DNA of 64,000 nucleotides, taken from the NCBI GenBank assembly GCA_964276515.1, contig OZ193909.1, forward strand, positions 20,646,001-20,710,000. Reading direction: 5' to 3'. This document shows positions 26,395-40,827 of this stretch, in pieces; within the stretch, counting starts at the first letter, position 1; the number at the start of each line of letters is the position of its first letter. This DNA is from Gordius albopunctatus (taxonomy: Eukaryota). Below the pieces are notes generated by a model that had not been told where the DNA came from, did not search any database, and was given only the letters and a program-made list of their open reading frames with translations. The translations under genes were made by a program, and so were the position numbers.

Positions 26395-27622
26395 TCTATG
26401 AGTCAAATATTGATTTAATAATTAAATTCATTGACAATAAACAGAACCATACTTTTCTATTATTCTTGTATGGGATTTTTGTTTTATAACTTAAATATAA
26501 TCATAATAAATGTTAATTTATGTGCAGAATTAACATATGTTTTAGCATTTAACCGCTAAAAAACTAGTTTTTAGCCGTGCATTCATTCGCATACATGTAA
26601 TGTTTTATTGCGTGAAACAGTTGAGCTCAGGCGTTCATCTTTAAATTTATAGTCTGCAGTCTAATAAATATTTGCAGCGCATCATTTTGTTACCGATTCC
26701 ATATATAGAAATGTTAATAACCGATAATGTTATTAAACCCTCCCAAAACCAACCTAGCCAACCCTTCTCCCCCCCCTCCATCTATCCCAAACTCCATTTT
26801 GGAAAAAACCTCAGCTAATTTCTTGTTATATATCCCAAATTTAAAACACATTACTAAACGAATAGTGGAAATGCGGAAAACATCTTAATCCGATTAAATT
26901 ATTGTTTTTATCTATTTAGATTAGTCTCAAATGTAAATTAATGAATTTAAAGGGCAAGAAAATCTTTAAAGGAGTATTCAAGGCTCTTAAAAAACACATT
27001 TATTTGAGGGGAGATACAATGTTTATATACAATGAGAATTCATAAATGCATGTATTGTAATTGGCAAATTATTTTAGTTAATTATAAAAAGCAATCTCGT
27101 TAAGGGGGATTGTCATCGGGCCAATCAATGATTAGCGAAAATTGTTATTAACACGCAGTTCGTTTTTTGGTGCCCATTCTATTTATTTGGCTGAGAGGGC
27201 GATGCAAATAATTTTCGCTGACGTGAGTTCGTGAACGTGATAGCCTCTACCAATATTTTTTATTATCTATTATATCTATCGATTTTTGGATGGAAGGGGA
27301 GAGGGGGGAGCGGGCGGGCGGCCTGGAGAAAATACAGTCCGTACCAATAATTTTAGCCGGGGCTTGATAAGGGAATCGTAAAGAGCTGTAGCTTTATACT
27401 TTGATATTTTGGAATTCATAAATATTAACATAAAAATATTTTTCCCACGAAAGTAACTCATTTTTAGTCCCCATTTTTGTTACGGAAATCAAAATTATTT
27501 CCTACCTTTACTTATACCTTTGGGTGCCGGTCACAACATTTGTGGGCGAAATATTTGAAACTTTATTTAAACTATTAATCGGTCCACCCAAACGATTGCC
27601 GATTAAAAAGAGCGCATTCGCC

Positions 27623-30345
27623 ATGGCTGAAGAATATTTAACTGCGGCTTATCAAAAATTACAAGGCTTACCCCAATGTCATTCTTTGTTGAAACAAAGT
27701 TTGACTCCTGATGTTGTGGCACAATGTGCTTCTCTTAAAACTGAATCCGGTTGCACTCTTCAAGATTGTATCAAATCAGGTTAAATAATAATAAACTATT
27801 TTCACTCAAATTTTCAACTAATTAAAAAAATATTGTTTAAAGAGGTTTTCTCCAAATTTTATGAGCACGTGCTAATTCCTTAACCGGGAATTATGTAATA
27901 ATACTACATTAACTGTAATTTAAAGCTATTCTATGGCCTTAAAATGTATCATTAATTGTGATTTATATATATAGCAACGAGTGACATAAAATCATCTTGT
28001 AATATTTATCCGTTTTTTGAATAAAATAAATAGTTTTCGTTTGAATCTATCAGAATTCACATAAATAATTTACGTGTTGAATTTATATAAATTACTAACC
28101 GCTTGCGCGTTGAATTTGCACGCTTGCGACGCATAGCAACATGACAAGTGTGTAAAATAGTAACTTATCCCCTCTCCGGTTAATTTTTAAAGCATATAAA
28201 CCGAGGAAATTTGGACAAGAAAAAAGTGATCAATCGAAATAAATTTTGTATTCAATTTGTTGTTTTTTTCGAATAAACACATTTAGGTTACAATGTTCAT
28301 TTAGGTGGATTTAAATTTGTGATAATATTGTATAATAAACGAATATTTACGATAAATACTCATTTAATAATTTAATTAGACGTGAAAGTCGTAACGATCT
28401 AAAAAAATGAGGATTAAAGGATTATAAGTATGCGAGCCTTACGGATGCCTAGGCCCCCAAATAATCATTATTTTTATTCTAGGGATGGGTAAAGACCCCC
28501 CCTCCCCCTTCTTGCTTTACCTTTAAATCTAAAAATTCATATATGCCTTAATTAATTGTAGCTGCAATTTTAAAAAATTGCACTTCCCTCTATTATTGAA
28601 CAATAGGCCACCCTATAATCCTTATTCTGCCCAAATCTCAGCCATGCTTAACCTTAAACTTGTGCAAAGATATTTTTATATTCTCTCATTATAGATTAAA
28701 ACATAGAGTTGAAATGCGCTTAGAATGATGAAAGTGCATATTTATATATTAAAGGAGTAGAAAATCCGGATTCTTCGATGGGAGTGTACGCGGCTGATGC
28801 TGAATCTTATACCCTGTTTGCTCCCTTGTTTAAATCTGTGATCGAAAAATACCATGGATCTGTACATCATCCACCAAGTGATTTCGGAGATTTGGAGTCG
28901 ATAAATTTCCCTAATTTGGATCCCAGCGGAGATTTTGTGGTATCAACGCGTGTCCGTGTGGGTCGTAATGTACAAGGTTATCCTTTCACTGCTACCATAC
29001 CCAAAGAGGTACGTTTTGATACACCACACTCTATAATAAGATTAACGTAGTCGTCATATATTATAGCGACGCCTTTCCCATCTTTATGTGCAATTCACGT
29101 TTTATCAAATAAACCCGTTTTACTTAGAAACAAGAAGAGCTTGAAGCTAAAATCCAAGAGGCTCTCACTCATTTCGACGGGAATTTGCAAGGAAAATATT
29201 ATCCGCTGTATGGTATGGAGCCAGGGGTTAGGGACCAATTGGTAGACGATCATTTTTTGTTTCAACAAGGTGACAGGTAAAGGTTTGCAACCTACAAAAA
29301 TTTCTAATTATATTAATATATATAAATATAATTATATAGCAACATTTATCTACGCAGTAATATATATAATGTGCGAACATTGATGCATACAATACAATAG
29401 TTTGCTTAAATAATCGTTAGCTCCCGGAAATTTGTTTTAATGATTTGAATTGATTAGATTTTTGGAGAGTGCCGGCGGTTATCGTAATTGGCCGCATGGG
29501 AGAGGCATATTTTTTAATAACGAAAAAAATTTTCTCATTTGGGTCAATGAAGAAGATCACCTTAGAATTATTTCCATGCAAAAAGGGGCCGATTTGGATG
29601 CTGTTTACAAACGCTTGATCAGGGTAACTAATTATCACAAGCCAAATAATGATTCAGTGGTTGTAAGTGTTTTATTAAATCAAGTGGCAAAGAAGGGTCA
29701 CTGAAGTGTAAATAATAGAATCTTCTTCTTTGTCATGTATTTTGATCTCAAAGTCGTAGGGTTTGTTTTGATAATTTTTTTTCCATCTTGATCCAGTAAG
29801 AGCCATGTCCAGATTTTTCTTTTAACTTATCATAACCTTGTCCACTTCCTCTTTTCACGTAACACGACCTGTCACCTTCAGGTATAATACTGTTCGATAA
29901 ATTCTTAGTCTCCCTTCTTAGTACCATATTACTAACCATGAACTTTAATACTTTACATTACTTTTTAGGGTATCAAAATTTTGGAGCAATATGTAGCTTT
30001 CTATCGTGACAACGACTATGGATACTTGACTTTCTGTCCGAGTAATTTGGGAACTACTTTGCGAGCGAGCGTACACATTAAAGTACCAAAGTTATCGGCC
30101 CAACCGGATTTTAAAGAATTTTGTGATAGTCTCGGTCTGCAAGTTCGAGGTAACATTATGACTTAATCCTAAATTTAATTTTTACCATTTTCCAATACAA
30201 AGGGACTCACGGAGAGCACACTGAAACCAAGGGAGGAGTTTATGATATATCTAATAAGAAACGACTTGGCGTGACTGAAATCCAAGCTATCAACGAGATG
30301 TATAATGGTATAGCCAAAATTATTGAAAAGGAAAAATCTTTGTAA
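27623..30345 (+). CDS. AK: Arginine kinase (phosphagen kinase), 6 exons
   Basis: Exons 27623-27779, 28755-29008, 29128-29276, 29458-29623, 29969-30149, 30203-30345. Motifs [87 protein letters not shown]. Confidence 0.95.
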
Positions 30346-31264
30346 ACACAGAGGATCGCGTCCTATTTTTACAGAACATTTAATGCCCACGACGATTTTA
30401 TGTGTTTTTATCTTTTTTTAAACTAATTTTTAAACATACATAACACGCAACATTTTAAACATGTGATTCTTTTAAAAACTTTATATATTAAAACACCTCT
30501 TTTTATATTGCACAATAAAATTGTCAAGTTTAAATCTAGCAACATCCATAAAAAATGATAATATCATTAATAGTTACATTATAGCGAAAAATTCTTGCAA
30601 AAACTAATTAAACATGGGCGTTCGTTAAAATGTAAACCTAGCATTGGCATTCTAAATAGCGTTACATTAGCTCTGCCAAATTTTTAAACTCAGTTGTCAT
30701 TTTCTATGTGGCGCTTTATCAACATTTATATTTTGAGATTAAAATAAAATACTTAATATTTATTAGAAGGATGGTTAAATTTGTATGACTGTTCTTATCT
30801 TTCCAGATAGACAGTATTTTCTATTTTGGCTTCCATTTTTGCTTATTAGGCCATATGTTTTCAAATCTCGCTAAATAATTTTGATCTTACTCTTTCTCAT
30901 TCTTTTTGAGAGTTAAAGCTTTAATTTTGTATTAGCTAACTTTTAGTCTTTCCCCTAGACCTAATCATCCTTATTTGTTGGTTATAAGCTTTGCTTTAAT
31001 AGACGTGTGCCAATGTTTCTCTTCATTTTGTCATCTTGTTTTATGTTCTTTTCTTATCCCTATACCTCATTGCGAGTTTTATAACGTTGGACTGGACCCT
31101 CCAAATTGATATTAAGCAGTTGATCGACTCTGAAATCTTGAAACCTTAAAATTGTCTAAAGGATAAGAGGCACCAAAGCAATGAAATGAATCGCACTGTA
31201 TATCAAGATGAGTCTGCTTTTATAAAAACATACAAGGATTCGCTACCACTAAGATATTATGTAT

Positions 31265-33025
31265 CAAACACTACCCACGACGGTCCCAAGTCCGTGTCCA
31301 AAAAGTGGAGGGTTGGCGTCAGGTCGGAAACTGGCTATAAATACCAACTCCGAAATTATGATAGTTTCACACAAGATTTTAAAAGAGAAAGCTAGGGCGT
31401 CCTCCACAAACTACGCGCACTGCATACCCCGCCCGTTGAAAAATACACTAGGGTTACTGCCCAACTCACAACGCAGGTGGTTAAGGAAATTAGTTGTGGA
31501 AAGAATGCGAATAACGTGCTGGAATGTGGGAATGTTAACGGGGAAGAGCATCGAGGTCGCACAAATGCTAAAAAGAAGAAAGGTACACATCGCCTGACTG
31601 CAATCGACTAGGTGTAACGAAACAAAGCTCGAGAGTTAGGAAGCGAATCGTTCAAAAACAAGGTGGTGGAACAAATCCTACCATCGAATATATCATACGC
31701 AAAAATACCATGTTTAGTATGAAAATTTACATACTTAAAGACCTTTTGATATTATCAAATTTCGTTTTTATTAAAGCTTAAGATGGGATTTACGGTATAA
31801 ATTAATTTTATTATGTTTGCTAATTAATTGGCTTCCATTTTTCGTAAAAGAAGAGACTTTTCATAAAATAGTGTCCAATATTAATGGGCTAATGTAGGTG
31901 AAGATTGCAGATAGAGGTGGCATCCTAACCTTTATGTGCGTGTATGGTCCCCAAATTGGGTGTATAAAATTCGAGAAAGACATATTCTTCGATTCATTGA
32001 AAAAGGAAATACAAGGAATCGGACAGGAAGAAAGGCTAATCATTGGAGTGGATTTCAATGCTCACATAGTGAAAGATCGACTCGGGTATAAACGCAATCA
32101 TGGAGGCTACGGACATAAGAAGAGGAAATTATTTAATTATCCCAAGCATATGGCATGGCAATCTTTAACACCTATTTTCAAACCGCGAAGATCAACCTAT
32201 AGAAGTGGAAAGCATTTTAGTCAAATCGACTATTTGCTTATACGGCAAAGGATCTTCTGGAGTATCAAGGATTGCAAAGTAATAGGGGGAGAAGAAATCG
32301 CCAGGCAACATCGTCACCTTGTTATGGCTCTTAACAGAAGAGTATTTCCCCAAGGTAGAAAGGTCTATGAACCTCAAATTCGATACGAAAGGCTAAAGGA
32401 TACATCGACGAACGAAAAATACCATCAAAAAGTCTCCTTAAACTTGGGTGCAAGGAAGTTGCAAACGGACGTAGACGACGATTGGGAGACGCTATCTAAG
32501 GACATTAAGAAAACAGCGATTCGTGTTCTAGGACAGACCAAAGGAGGCAAAGCTATGAATAGGGAACTATGGTGGTGGGATCAATCGGTTAAAGATTTCA
32601 TCGAAAGAAAGAAAAATCTATATAGACGGTGGCCTAAATCAAAAAAGTCGGAGGATTATCAAGAGTACAGGTACGCAAAAAGGGCCGCAAACAATGCCGT
32701 TGCAAAAGCGAAGAATGCCGCGTACACCGAGATGGCAAACAAACTGGATCATAAAGGGGGCGATAGGCTTATGTACAAATTGGCCAAGATAAGGGAGAAG
32801 AAAAGTCGCGATGTCGGAGTTCTTAAAATAGTCAAAAGCGAAAAGGGAAAGAAGTGATGGAAAGGTGGAAAGGATATTTTAAGCAACTTAGAATATTGCA
32901 AATGACAACGAATCCATTCCCGATATTGAGCTTAACATAAGTATGGTCGAACTCTTCCATGAGGAGTTTGAAGTTAGGACACAAATGAACAAGATACAAA
33001 AGGAAAAGAAATGGCCTGGATGGAA
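31265..33025 (+). mobile_element. RTE LINE, 5' portion (APE domain), interrupted and truncated
   Basis: RITCWNVGMLTGK, CVYGPQIG, GVDFNAHI, SQIDYLL, WWWDQSVK. Confidence 0.9.
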
Positions 33026-33390
33026 ATCATAAATTTCATAACAATAAATACTAAAATTTATTATAGATGACGCTAATGTTTTTTGATAATAACATGATAC
33101 CTCCACAAGTATGTATGTGTTCATAAAAAATTTAACTATTTACTTTAAATTTATTTCACCGAACATAATATGTTATGAGGTCTTGTTTGGTGATATTAGC
33201 ATAATATAAATTTTGTTGAATTAATTGAATGTTTTATTATTATTTATTAAATACACTTATGCTTCCCGAAAATAATCGTAATATTATTCCACGAAAATAT
33301 CATGCTTTAATATCTAATAGCAAAAAAAAAACAAATTTTTTATTGCATTTAAAAACTAGTTAAAAACATTTTTCTTTAAGATTATTTCTA

Positions 33391-33749
33391 TACCCTAACA
33401 ATGCCCACGTTTATTTTGTTCCTCTACGGTTTTTAAACCGCCCATCAAAATATAATGTAACTCATTTTTCTATTTAATATCACTATAAATCTGCGTGATA
33501 CAAATATCAAAATTTTAATTTTGAATAAAAAATTTCGCTTAATTTTCTCAAATTAATTGTAAATCTATTTATTTTAAACACGAGAGTATTTTTAATCTGA
33601 CATTATTGAAATATTAAATGATATATTATTTGTTAAGCAGATTCATAGTGATATAAAATCGGAAAATGGGTTTAAACTTTGGTTTAATGGGCAGTGTAAA
33701 AATCGTAGAGATTTTTCCAGCTAAGTAAAAGTGGTCATAGTTAGAGTAT
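33391..33749. mobile_element. Degenerate MITE with ~60-bp imperfect inverted ends
   Basis: TACCCTAACAATGCCCAC..CTCTACGGTTTTTAAACCGCCCATCAAA is mirrored by TTTAATGGGCAGTGTAAAAATCGTAGAG..GTGGTCATAGTTAGAGTA. Confidence 0.5.
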
Positions 33750-34715
33750 AAAATATTTTTAAATAAAAATGCCTTCCAGTAACAAAATTATAATCGATTG
33801 GTATTGCCATACGTCATTGTCTTTGATCGATCAGCTTGTTTTGGGCAGTGCGATCCGGATGTGTGGGACGCCAATCCCATTAAGTACATCAATATACTCC
33901 AGCACAAGGCTTCTACCTATATTTATCTTAATTTAATCATTATCACAACGTTATCAAATCCGATAATAACCTTATTTCTCCTCGAGGTAGTAATTAAAAA
34001 CTATGAATTGCATACAAATCTTATTGCCCCCCCCCCCAAGACCCAACAAACATCCCGTTTGAAGAATTATGTTTAGTCCTAAAAAACTTCTATCCCCCCA
34101 AAATTAATACAATCGTGCAGCGCTACAAATTCAATAAGCTTTTCCAAATGGAAGATGAAACCATCTAAAGATTATTTTCGAAAATTTAATTAAAAAAATG
34201 AAATATGTATATTATCTTTTCAGGTGTTTATAAGTGTCTTAAAATATTTTATGCAACTGTACTAATTTTGGCAATGAAGAGAGGGGAAGGTGGAGGAATT
34301 TTGCACTTTCCCCCACCCCTTGGATACGCGCCTGTTGCATAGTGTTTATAAAATTATTTTGCAATTTTAAAGTCAAAATATCTTTTAAAGTGTAATGTTT
34401 ATGAAAAATGAGGATGTAATGACTTTTATTATCTGTCAGTGTTGGAAAAATATCCATTTGAACAAGTGTTTTGAGCCATAACTATTTTAGTCACTAAAAT
34501 AGTGAAAGACGTTAGTAGCCCAAAACCTGAGATTAGGGTTTAGTTAATTTTTTGAGGCATTTGGGCTGAGAAAAATTTTATTATGTAAAAGGATTTTTGG
34601 AAGGACAAGGCTCTAGTGTAATAGATACATAATGTGAGATGAATTAAAAGAATACGTTTTTAGTGCTAAGTTTCGGCAAGGTAAAACGAGTAAAACAACA
34701 TGAAGATTTTTTTTC

Positions 34716-37700
34716 CTATAGCAGTTTGTCACATTTAGTGGTCAGCTCCTTCAAGTAGGTTCTTAATGTATTCCTGCACTTACACCAGCTTCGGTTTAGC
34801 TCGTACCTTCTCAAGTCCATATCAATTTTATGCTTACATGTCACTTTAGGTCTCCCTCTCTTTCGCTTACCTTCGACTTGCACTTCCTTGATACGATATG
34901 CCAAGTGACTTTCCTCCCGTCTCTCCAAATGGCCATACCATCTCAATATTCTAACCACCAAATTTCTCTGAATTGGAACTACATTTAGTTTATCCCTTAT
35001 GTCCTGATTCCTTATATGGTCCTTTTTGCTTATTCGAAAGATCCATCTTAACATTCGCATCCTTTGCTCCTCTTTTGCCCTAATTGCCCAGGTTTCTGCT
35101 CCATACAATACCGTGGGTACAATAACGGTGTTATATAACCTTTCTTTCAATTTGAGTGGTATGTGCTTGTCACATAGGACACCACTCAACTCCCTGAATT
35201 TTAGTCAGCCTGCGTTTATTCTTGCCTTAATTTCGTTTTCCACACCTCCATCACATTGTAGCCTAGAGCCAAGATATTTAAATTCTTTCCTGGTGCTTAA
35301 ACACCAGTCATCTATTTGCAGGTGTGTTTCTCTGTATTCATTCCTGACTCCGAGCATACATATTCAGTTTTATTTCAGTTGACCCTAAGGCCTTTGCTTT
35401 CAATTCGTTCCATCCACACTTTTACCTGCTCTGCTAATTCCACGTTTGAGACTGCGCACAGGACGATATCATCCGCAAAGAGCATTGCCCAAGGTGATTC
35501 GCGTTTCAGGTCCTTCGTTATCGAATCCATTATTGTTATGAAGACCAATGGACTTAGGGCCGATCCTTGATGCACACCGACATTTATACTGAATCCCTTT
35601 GATCTGGATGTCCGAACTTAGGTTTTTGGGTTTCTATACATATTCTTTATTAACATTATATAAGCGTCGGGTACACCATTGGAACTCAGGCTATCCCATA
35701 TCAACTGCCTTGGGACTTTATCAAAAGCTTTCTCAAGATCGATGGAACACATGTGAAGATCCTTTTTTTCCTTATATAATTCCATAAGTCTCCTAAGATC
35801 ATGTATTGCATCTGAAGTCGACTTTCAAGGTATGAACCCAAATTGTCGTTCATCTATTGATATTATTTTTCGGATTCTAGCTTCTATAACCTTTTCACAC
35901 ACCTTCATTAAGTGACTGGTTAACTTTATCCCTCGATAGTTGATGCATTCTTGTACATCTCCCTTCAATTAACCTTTTCACACACCTTCATTAAGTGACT
36001 GGTTAACTTTATCCCTCGATAGTTGTTGCATTCTTGTACATCTCCCTTCAATTTATAGATAGGTATAACATAGCTTTCCCGCCACTCATCGGCATCATAC
36101 CACTTGCAAGTATTTTGTTAAACAGCTTTGCAAGTAGATGTACACCTAAGGGTCCTAGCATTTTCAAAGCTTCCATAGGTATATTATCAGGTCCCACCGC
36201 TCCACCCATGGTCATCTTTTTAACCACCTGGTCAACCTCTTCCTCTGTCACTTCTAACTATGGGTCATATTCATAGTTCTTGCTTTCGCAGTGGTCCGAA
36301 AACACATTTTCACTGTTTAATAATTCTTTATAGTGTTCTTCCCAACGATCTATGATTTGATGGTCCAGAGTTAGACTGATGCTTTCCTTGCTCTTTATAT
36401 ATTTCACGTTTACAACATCCTTTGAGTTCCTTGCTCTGGTCTTTGCGATTTTATAGATCATTCTTTCAACTTCTTTACTAGTTAATTTAGCATTCAAATT
36501 TTGGTAGACTTCTGTTTTAGCCTTGGCTACACAACGTTTTGCCTCGTTTTTAGCTTTCGCATATGTCAATCGTTCCTCATTTCTGTTGCCTGACCATAAT
36601 TTGTAAAGCTTTTTTTTCAACTTGACCAGGCGTTGCACGTCTTCGTTCCGCCACTATGTCTCCTTATCTTTTTGTATACCTGGTTTACCTTCTCCTAGAA
36701 CACATCTCGCTACTGATCGTACCCTGTTGGCTATGTTATTCCACATATCGTTAGCATTCTGCTGATTATCTCTTTGCAGTCATTCAACTATTTTATCATT
36801 GTAAATATCTTTCAATTTTGGTAGCCGGAACCATTTAATTTTCCCATTTAATCTCTTCAGCTTTTGTGTTTTCGCCTTGGAGATGGTATAGTCCATCACA
36901 ACAAGTCTATGCTGGGCTGCAATAGCTTCACCTGGTATCACCTTACAATCTCGTACATTCTTTAATTACTTTCTTGATATTAGGAGAAAGTCAATCTACG
37001 AAGATCCATTTCCACTTTTGTTCGTTATTTGGTGATTTATATTCTTTTTGAAGAAGGTATTTGTGATGGCCAAATCAAATGCTACGGCTATTTTCAATAT
37101 TTCGTCGCCTTCATCGTTTCTCGCTTTGCATCCATTTCCACCATGGTACCGTTCAAATCCTTTCTTTGTTTTGCCTACGTGTCCATTCATATCCGTGCCA
37201 ATTATAACTATCTCAGCTCTGGGTATCATTAGCAGCGTTTCGTCTAATTCTTCCCGAAAGTCCTCCTTTTCTTCATCTGTGCATCCTGCTTGCGGAGCAT
37301 ATCCGGAAATTACATTAATCATTTGACCTTCTATGCATAGTTTCAACATCAAGAGTCGCCCACTTTTTCTTTTTACCTCAATAACTTTATCTTGTAAATG
37401 GGAAGCTAATATGATTGCCACGCCATTTTTATTCGTTTCTAGGCCATTGAAGTAAAGTTTATAGCCTTCACCTATCATTCTTGCTTTTGCGCCTTTCCAT
37501 CTTGTTTCCTGTATACACGCTATATCAACCCGTCGCTTGCTGAGGGTGTCACCAACTTCTCGGCATTTTGCAGTCATTGCTCCAACATTTCGCGAGCCCA
37601 TTCTCAATCTCGTCCTTAGCAAACTAGTTTCTTTAATTACATCCGTTTGCGGAAGATGTAGTGACGCTCGTTGACTTCTCACGTGATACGGGTGCCTACC

Positions 37701-37870
37701 ATGCGCATCGTTTACGGAGGACGCCCTAGCGCTTTCATTATTACGACCTTTCATAGTATACATTTTGGTTTATATGGAATGAGGGAGTATTGATATCCCG
37801 ACCTTCCAAGCCTGACCGAACTATGTCAGATTTTGGCGCTTGACTACCTACTATTCTTTATGATGCAGCC
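34716..37870 (-). mobile_element. Near full-length degenerate RTE LINE (APE + RT)
   Basis: DIACIQETRWKG, YAPQAG, GPDNIP, HQGSALSP, LFADDIV, LYGAETW, LRWYGHL. Contains stops, frameshifts and an ~82-bp internal tandem duplication at ~35888-36052. Confidence 0.95.
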
Positions 37871-38686
37871 ATTTTGGTGAATTAAACTTTTCTTTAGACC
37901 ACTCTTATTGATAGGCTTAATCTAACGCTTCCATTTCACTAGTACTCCCTCAAAAAGCCCAGAAATTTTAGTGTGACCCTTCACCAAGAACCTTGCCAAT
38001 AGGGCGACCCCTTCAGTAACAAACACATAAGAATTTACTTTAATACTAACAAAAAAGGGAAACGAAAAGAGTTCGTAAGTTGGTAAGAAGTTTTTTAAAC
38101 TCCTTTATATAATCGCGAATTAATTGAATAAATCAATTACATTTAGTTGTGCATCCGCGAGGTATATTTGATTGGTCAATAAGCGTCGTGAAGTAGTAAG
38201 GTAATGTAAATGAGTCAATTAAGTTCCAAATCAATTAAGACAATGTATGCGACAATACAGACATACAAAGTTTATGCGCTAGTTAAAAAATTGGCACGAA
38301 TGAAGGTGTAGGAAAAGTGTTTAATTTTAACCAAAGGATATAATTGTATATCAGTTATTCAAAGTACTCCAACATAAAGGGGCGGGGAAATGGGGTTATC
38401 AATTCATTACAAAATATTTATTCCTTCAAAAATGTTATTAATTTAAATAGTTCAGGTTTTAGGTAAGGGCTTTAAAAATAGCTCCTTACAAAGTTTTGAC
38501 CCTGACCTTTATTATAAAATACTATAACCTTTATTATAGCTTATAATAATCAAAGGCATAGCTATACCCTTGCCCGGTTTATTCAATTTAAAGGCCAATC
38601 CTCTTTTATGTAATATCCCTTACAAATCTCACCTTTCTAAGTATATAGAAACATTAGGTTTTTATCAGCAGCATAGCCCTCAACCT

Positions 38687-39649
38687 TAGAGCCCTGCAAA
38701 GTCACTTTTTTCAACCCGAACCGAAAGCTTCTAAATTTTTCCAACCCAAACCCGAAAGCGTTTTGAATTTTTTAACCCGAACCCGAAAGCATTTTAAGCC
38801 AACCCCAACCAGACCTGAAAGTAAAAGAAGTTATTGGTGTAAAATTGATTTTGATGGTTTTAAATGGCGATAAATGTTATCTAATAAAACAACAACAGAT
38901 TTAACAAAATTTTAAAAGATGTTTGCCAGAAGTGAAAGCCCTAGAAAAAAGGTAGATTCTAATTTAGACATTTTTTAAGTATATTTCACCCAAAGTATCC
39001 CACTTTACAAGCCATTCATTATCTTCAGTAGGCACCATAAAAAAAGCAGATATTCTTAAACTTTTGTTAAATTAAAAAGACTCTGTCTTTATTATCAAGA
39101 AATTTTGATTTTAAGGCTAATAATGGTTGTGGCATTTGTGAGGAAATGAAAGGAGAAAATTGCTTATTTTTTTGAACACTTTAATTTTTTAAATCATGTT
39201 TTTATACATTTTAATCATTTGCTTAATAAATAATCACAATAATTTTATTTTATTCTAGTGTATATTATAGATGGTAAAGCAAATTGAGCATCAATATTTT
39301 AAAAAGGAAAATGGAGTTGACAAATTCATTAATAAGTTTTGCCATATTAATTATATGTTTATTATAATTTAATTTATAGCATAAATGAAGCCATTCTACC
39401 TTTCTGAGTTTTAAATTGCGCAAATCCAAAATTCAGATATAACTTATAAAATATTATATATAATGGCATTAATTTAAACGATACGCCTATTATACAATAT
39501 AGAATTCATAACCTTTAGCCCAACCTGGACCCGAGTTTAAAAATTTTAAACCCAAACCCAACCTGAAAGCATTTTAAAATTTTTAACCCGAACCCAAAGG
39601 CATTTTTAAATTTTCAACCCAAATTTGGGGTCACCCGTTGAGGGCTTTA
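38687..39649. mobile_element. hAT MITE (TAGAGCCCT family) with AACCCG repeats
   Basis: TAGAGCCCTGCA left end and AGGGCTTTA right end. Same family as 53367-53904. Confidence 0.7.
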
Positions 39650-40407
39650 TACACCTTGAGCAAACCAAAATATTTACTAATAAATAAATAATATATAGGG
39701 TTACAGATCATTACAAAATTTGACCATTGACTAAATAAGTTTTGGATTCACAGACATTTTTTATGACTAGGATTAGGAAAGGATTTTAGTATAAACTAAT
39801 TGTTATACAAACCCAAATTTATACCAGATAACATAGAAAAACTATGTAGCCATTTTCATTTTTCTAAAACTTAATTCTTTTCATTAAATGCAAAATGAAA
39901 TTTATATTATTTTTCAAAGGCCAAGGATATGTTACCAGCCCCTGTAAGTCTGTAATAAAATAAACTTCTTAATTAGTATTATAAACAAGCCTTTCCCCAT
40001 TTTCACTTTTATAATAGTTATGACAATATATTTTGTACTGAAATATTCTATATAAAGCAAATATGAAAAATTGATAAATGAGTGGCATTTTTAAATAGAT
40101 TCAATTAATTTAGTTATTAAAAGAAACTATCAGTTATTTTTAAGGAAACAAAAAACAAATAATTTGTAAAGCTTGTTATGATTAATTATTTAAAAATATA
40201 AAAATCTGCTTAGAAAAGCAATAGGACGATTACAATTTAAATATTTTTGATTAATTCATAATATATAAAATTTGACTTGAATGATAAATTAAGAGGTTTT
40301 TTTCAATATTATTTTGACATAGCTTCAATAAACAATTCAATAATTCTCAGATAGCTCATAAATATCATAATTTCTTTTCTTTTCAAAAAAATAATTGATT
40401 ACAACTT

Positions 40408-40827
40408 CTAATTGTCCGCTGCTATAACCTATAAAACAAACATTAATTTTTTATTATTATTAACCTCTTCAATTTTGAAAACACAATGATTATTATTATA
40501 ATTGCCAAAGAGGGTCAATGCTGCCCAGAACTTAATTTTATTTCTATAAAACATTAAAAGTATTTAGGTGTAAATATACTTCTGGTCAACTTTAATTATA
40601 GACTTGTGGGAATTCTGTTCATATTTAACAATATCAAAATTCATTGCTTCCCCACACTCTCCAAATAATTGTTTGAGGGCATGATTAGATATCAACGATC
40701 TATATTGTGGTTCGTTAAGGCGAATACTTTTGTTTTTAAACTTTCTATTATAATATTGTAATTACATCCGATCCACTTACAATTCTGAAAAGAGTAAAAT
40801 ATCATTTTGCTCTTTTTTTCTTTTCAT
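40408..40827 (-). CDS. RPP14: Ribonuclease P/MRP subunit p14 (Rpp14/Pop5 family), 4 exons, 103 aa
   Basis: Exons 40827-40781, 40744-40580, 40543-40465, 40428-40408 with three 36-nt GT-AG introns. Protein includes ALKQLFGECGEAMNFDIVKYE..IIKV..KFWAALTLFGNYNNNHCVFKIEEV. Confidence 0.88.

Noticed and set aside
31270..31340. HDV-like ribozyme in the RTE 5' region
   Set aside because: I could not build the nested double pseudoknot by eye; it needs a covariance-model search.
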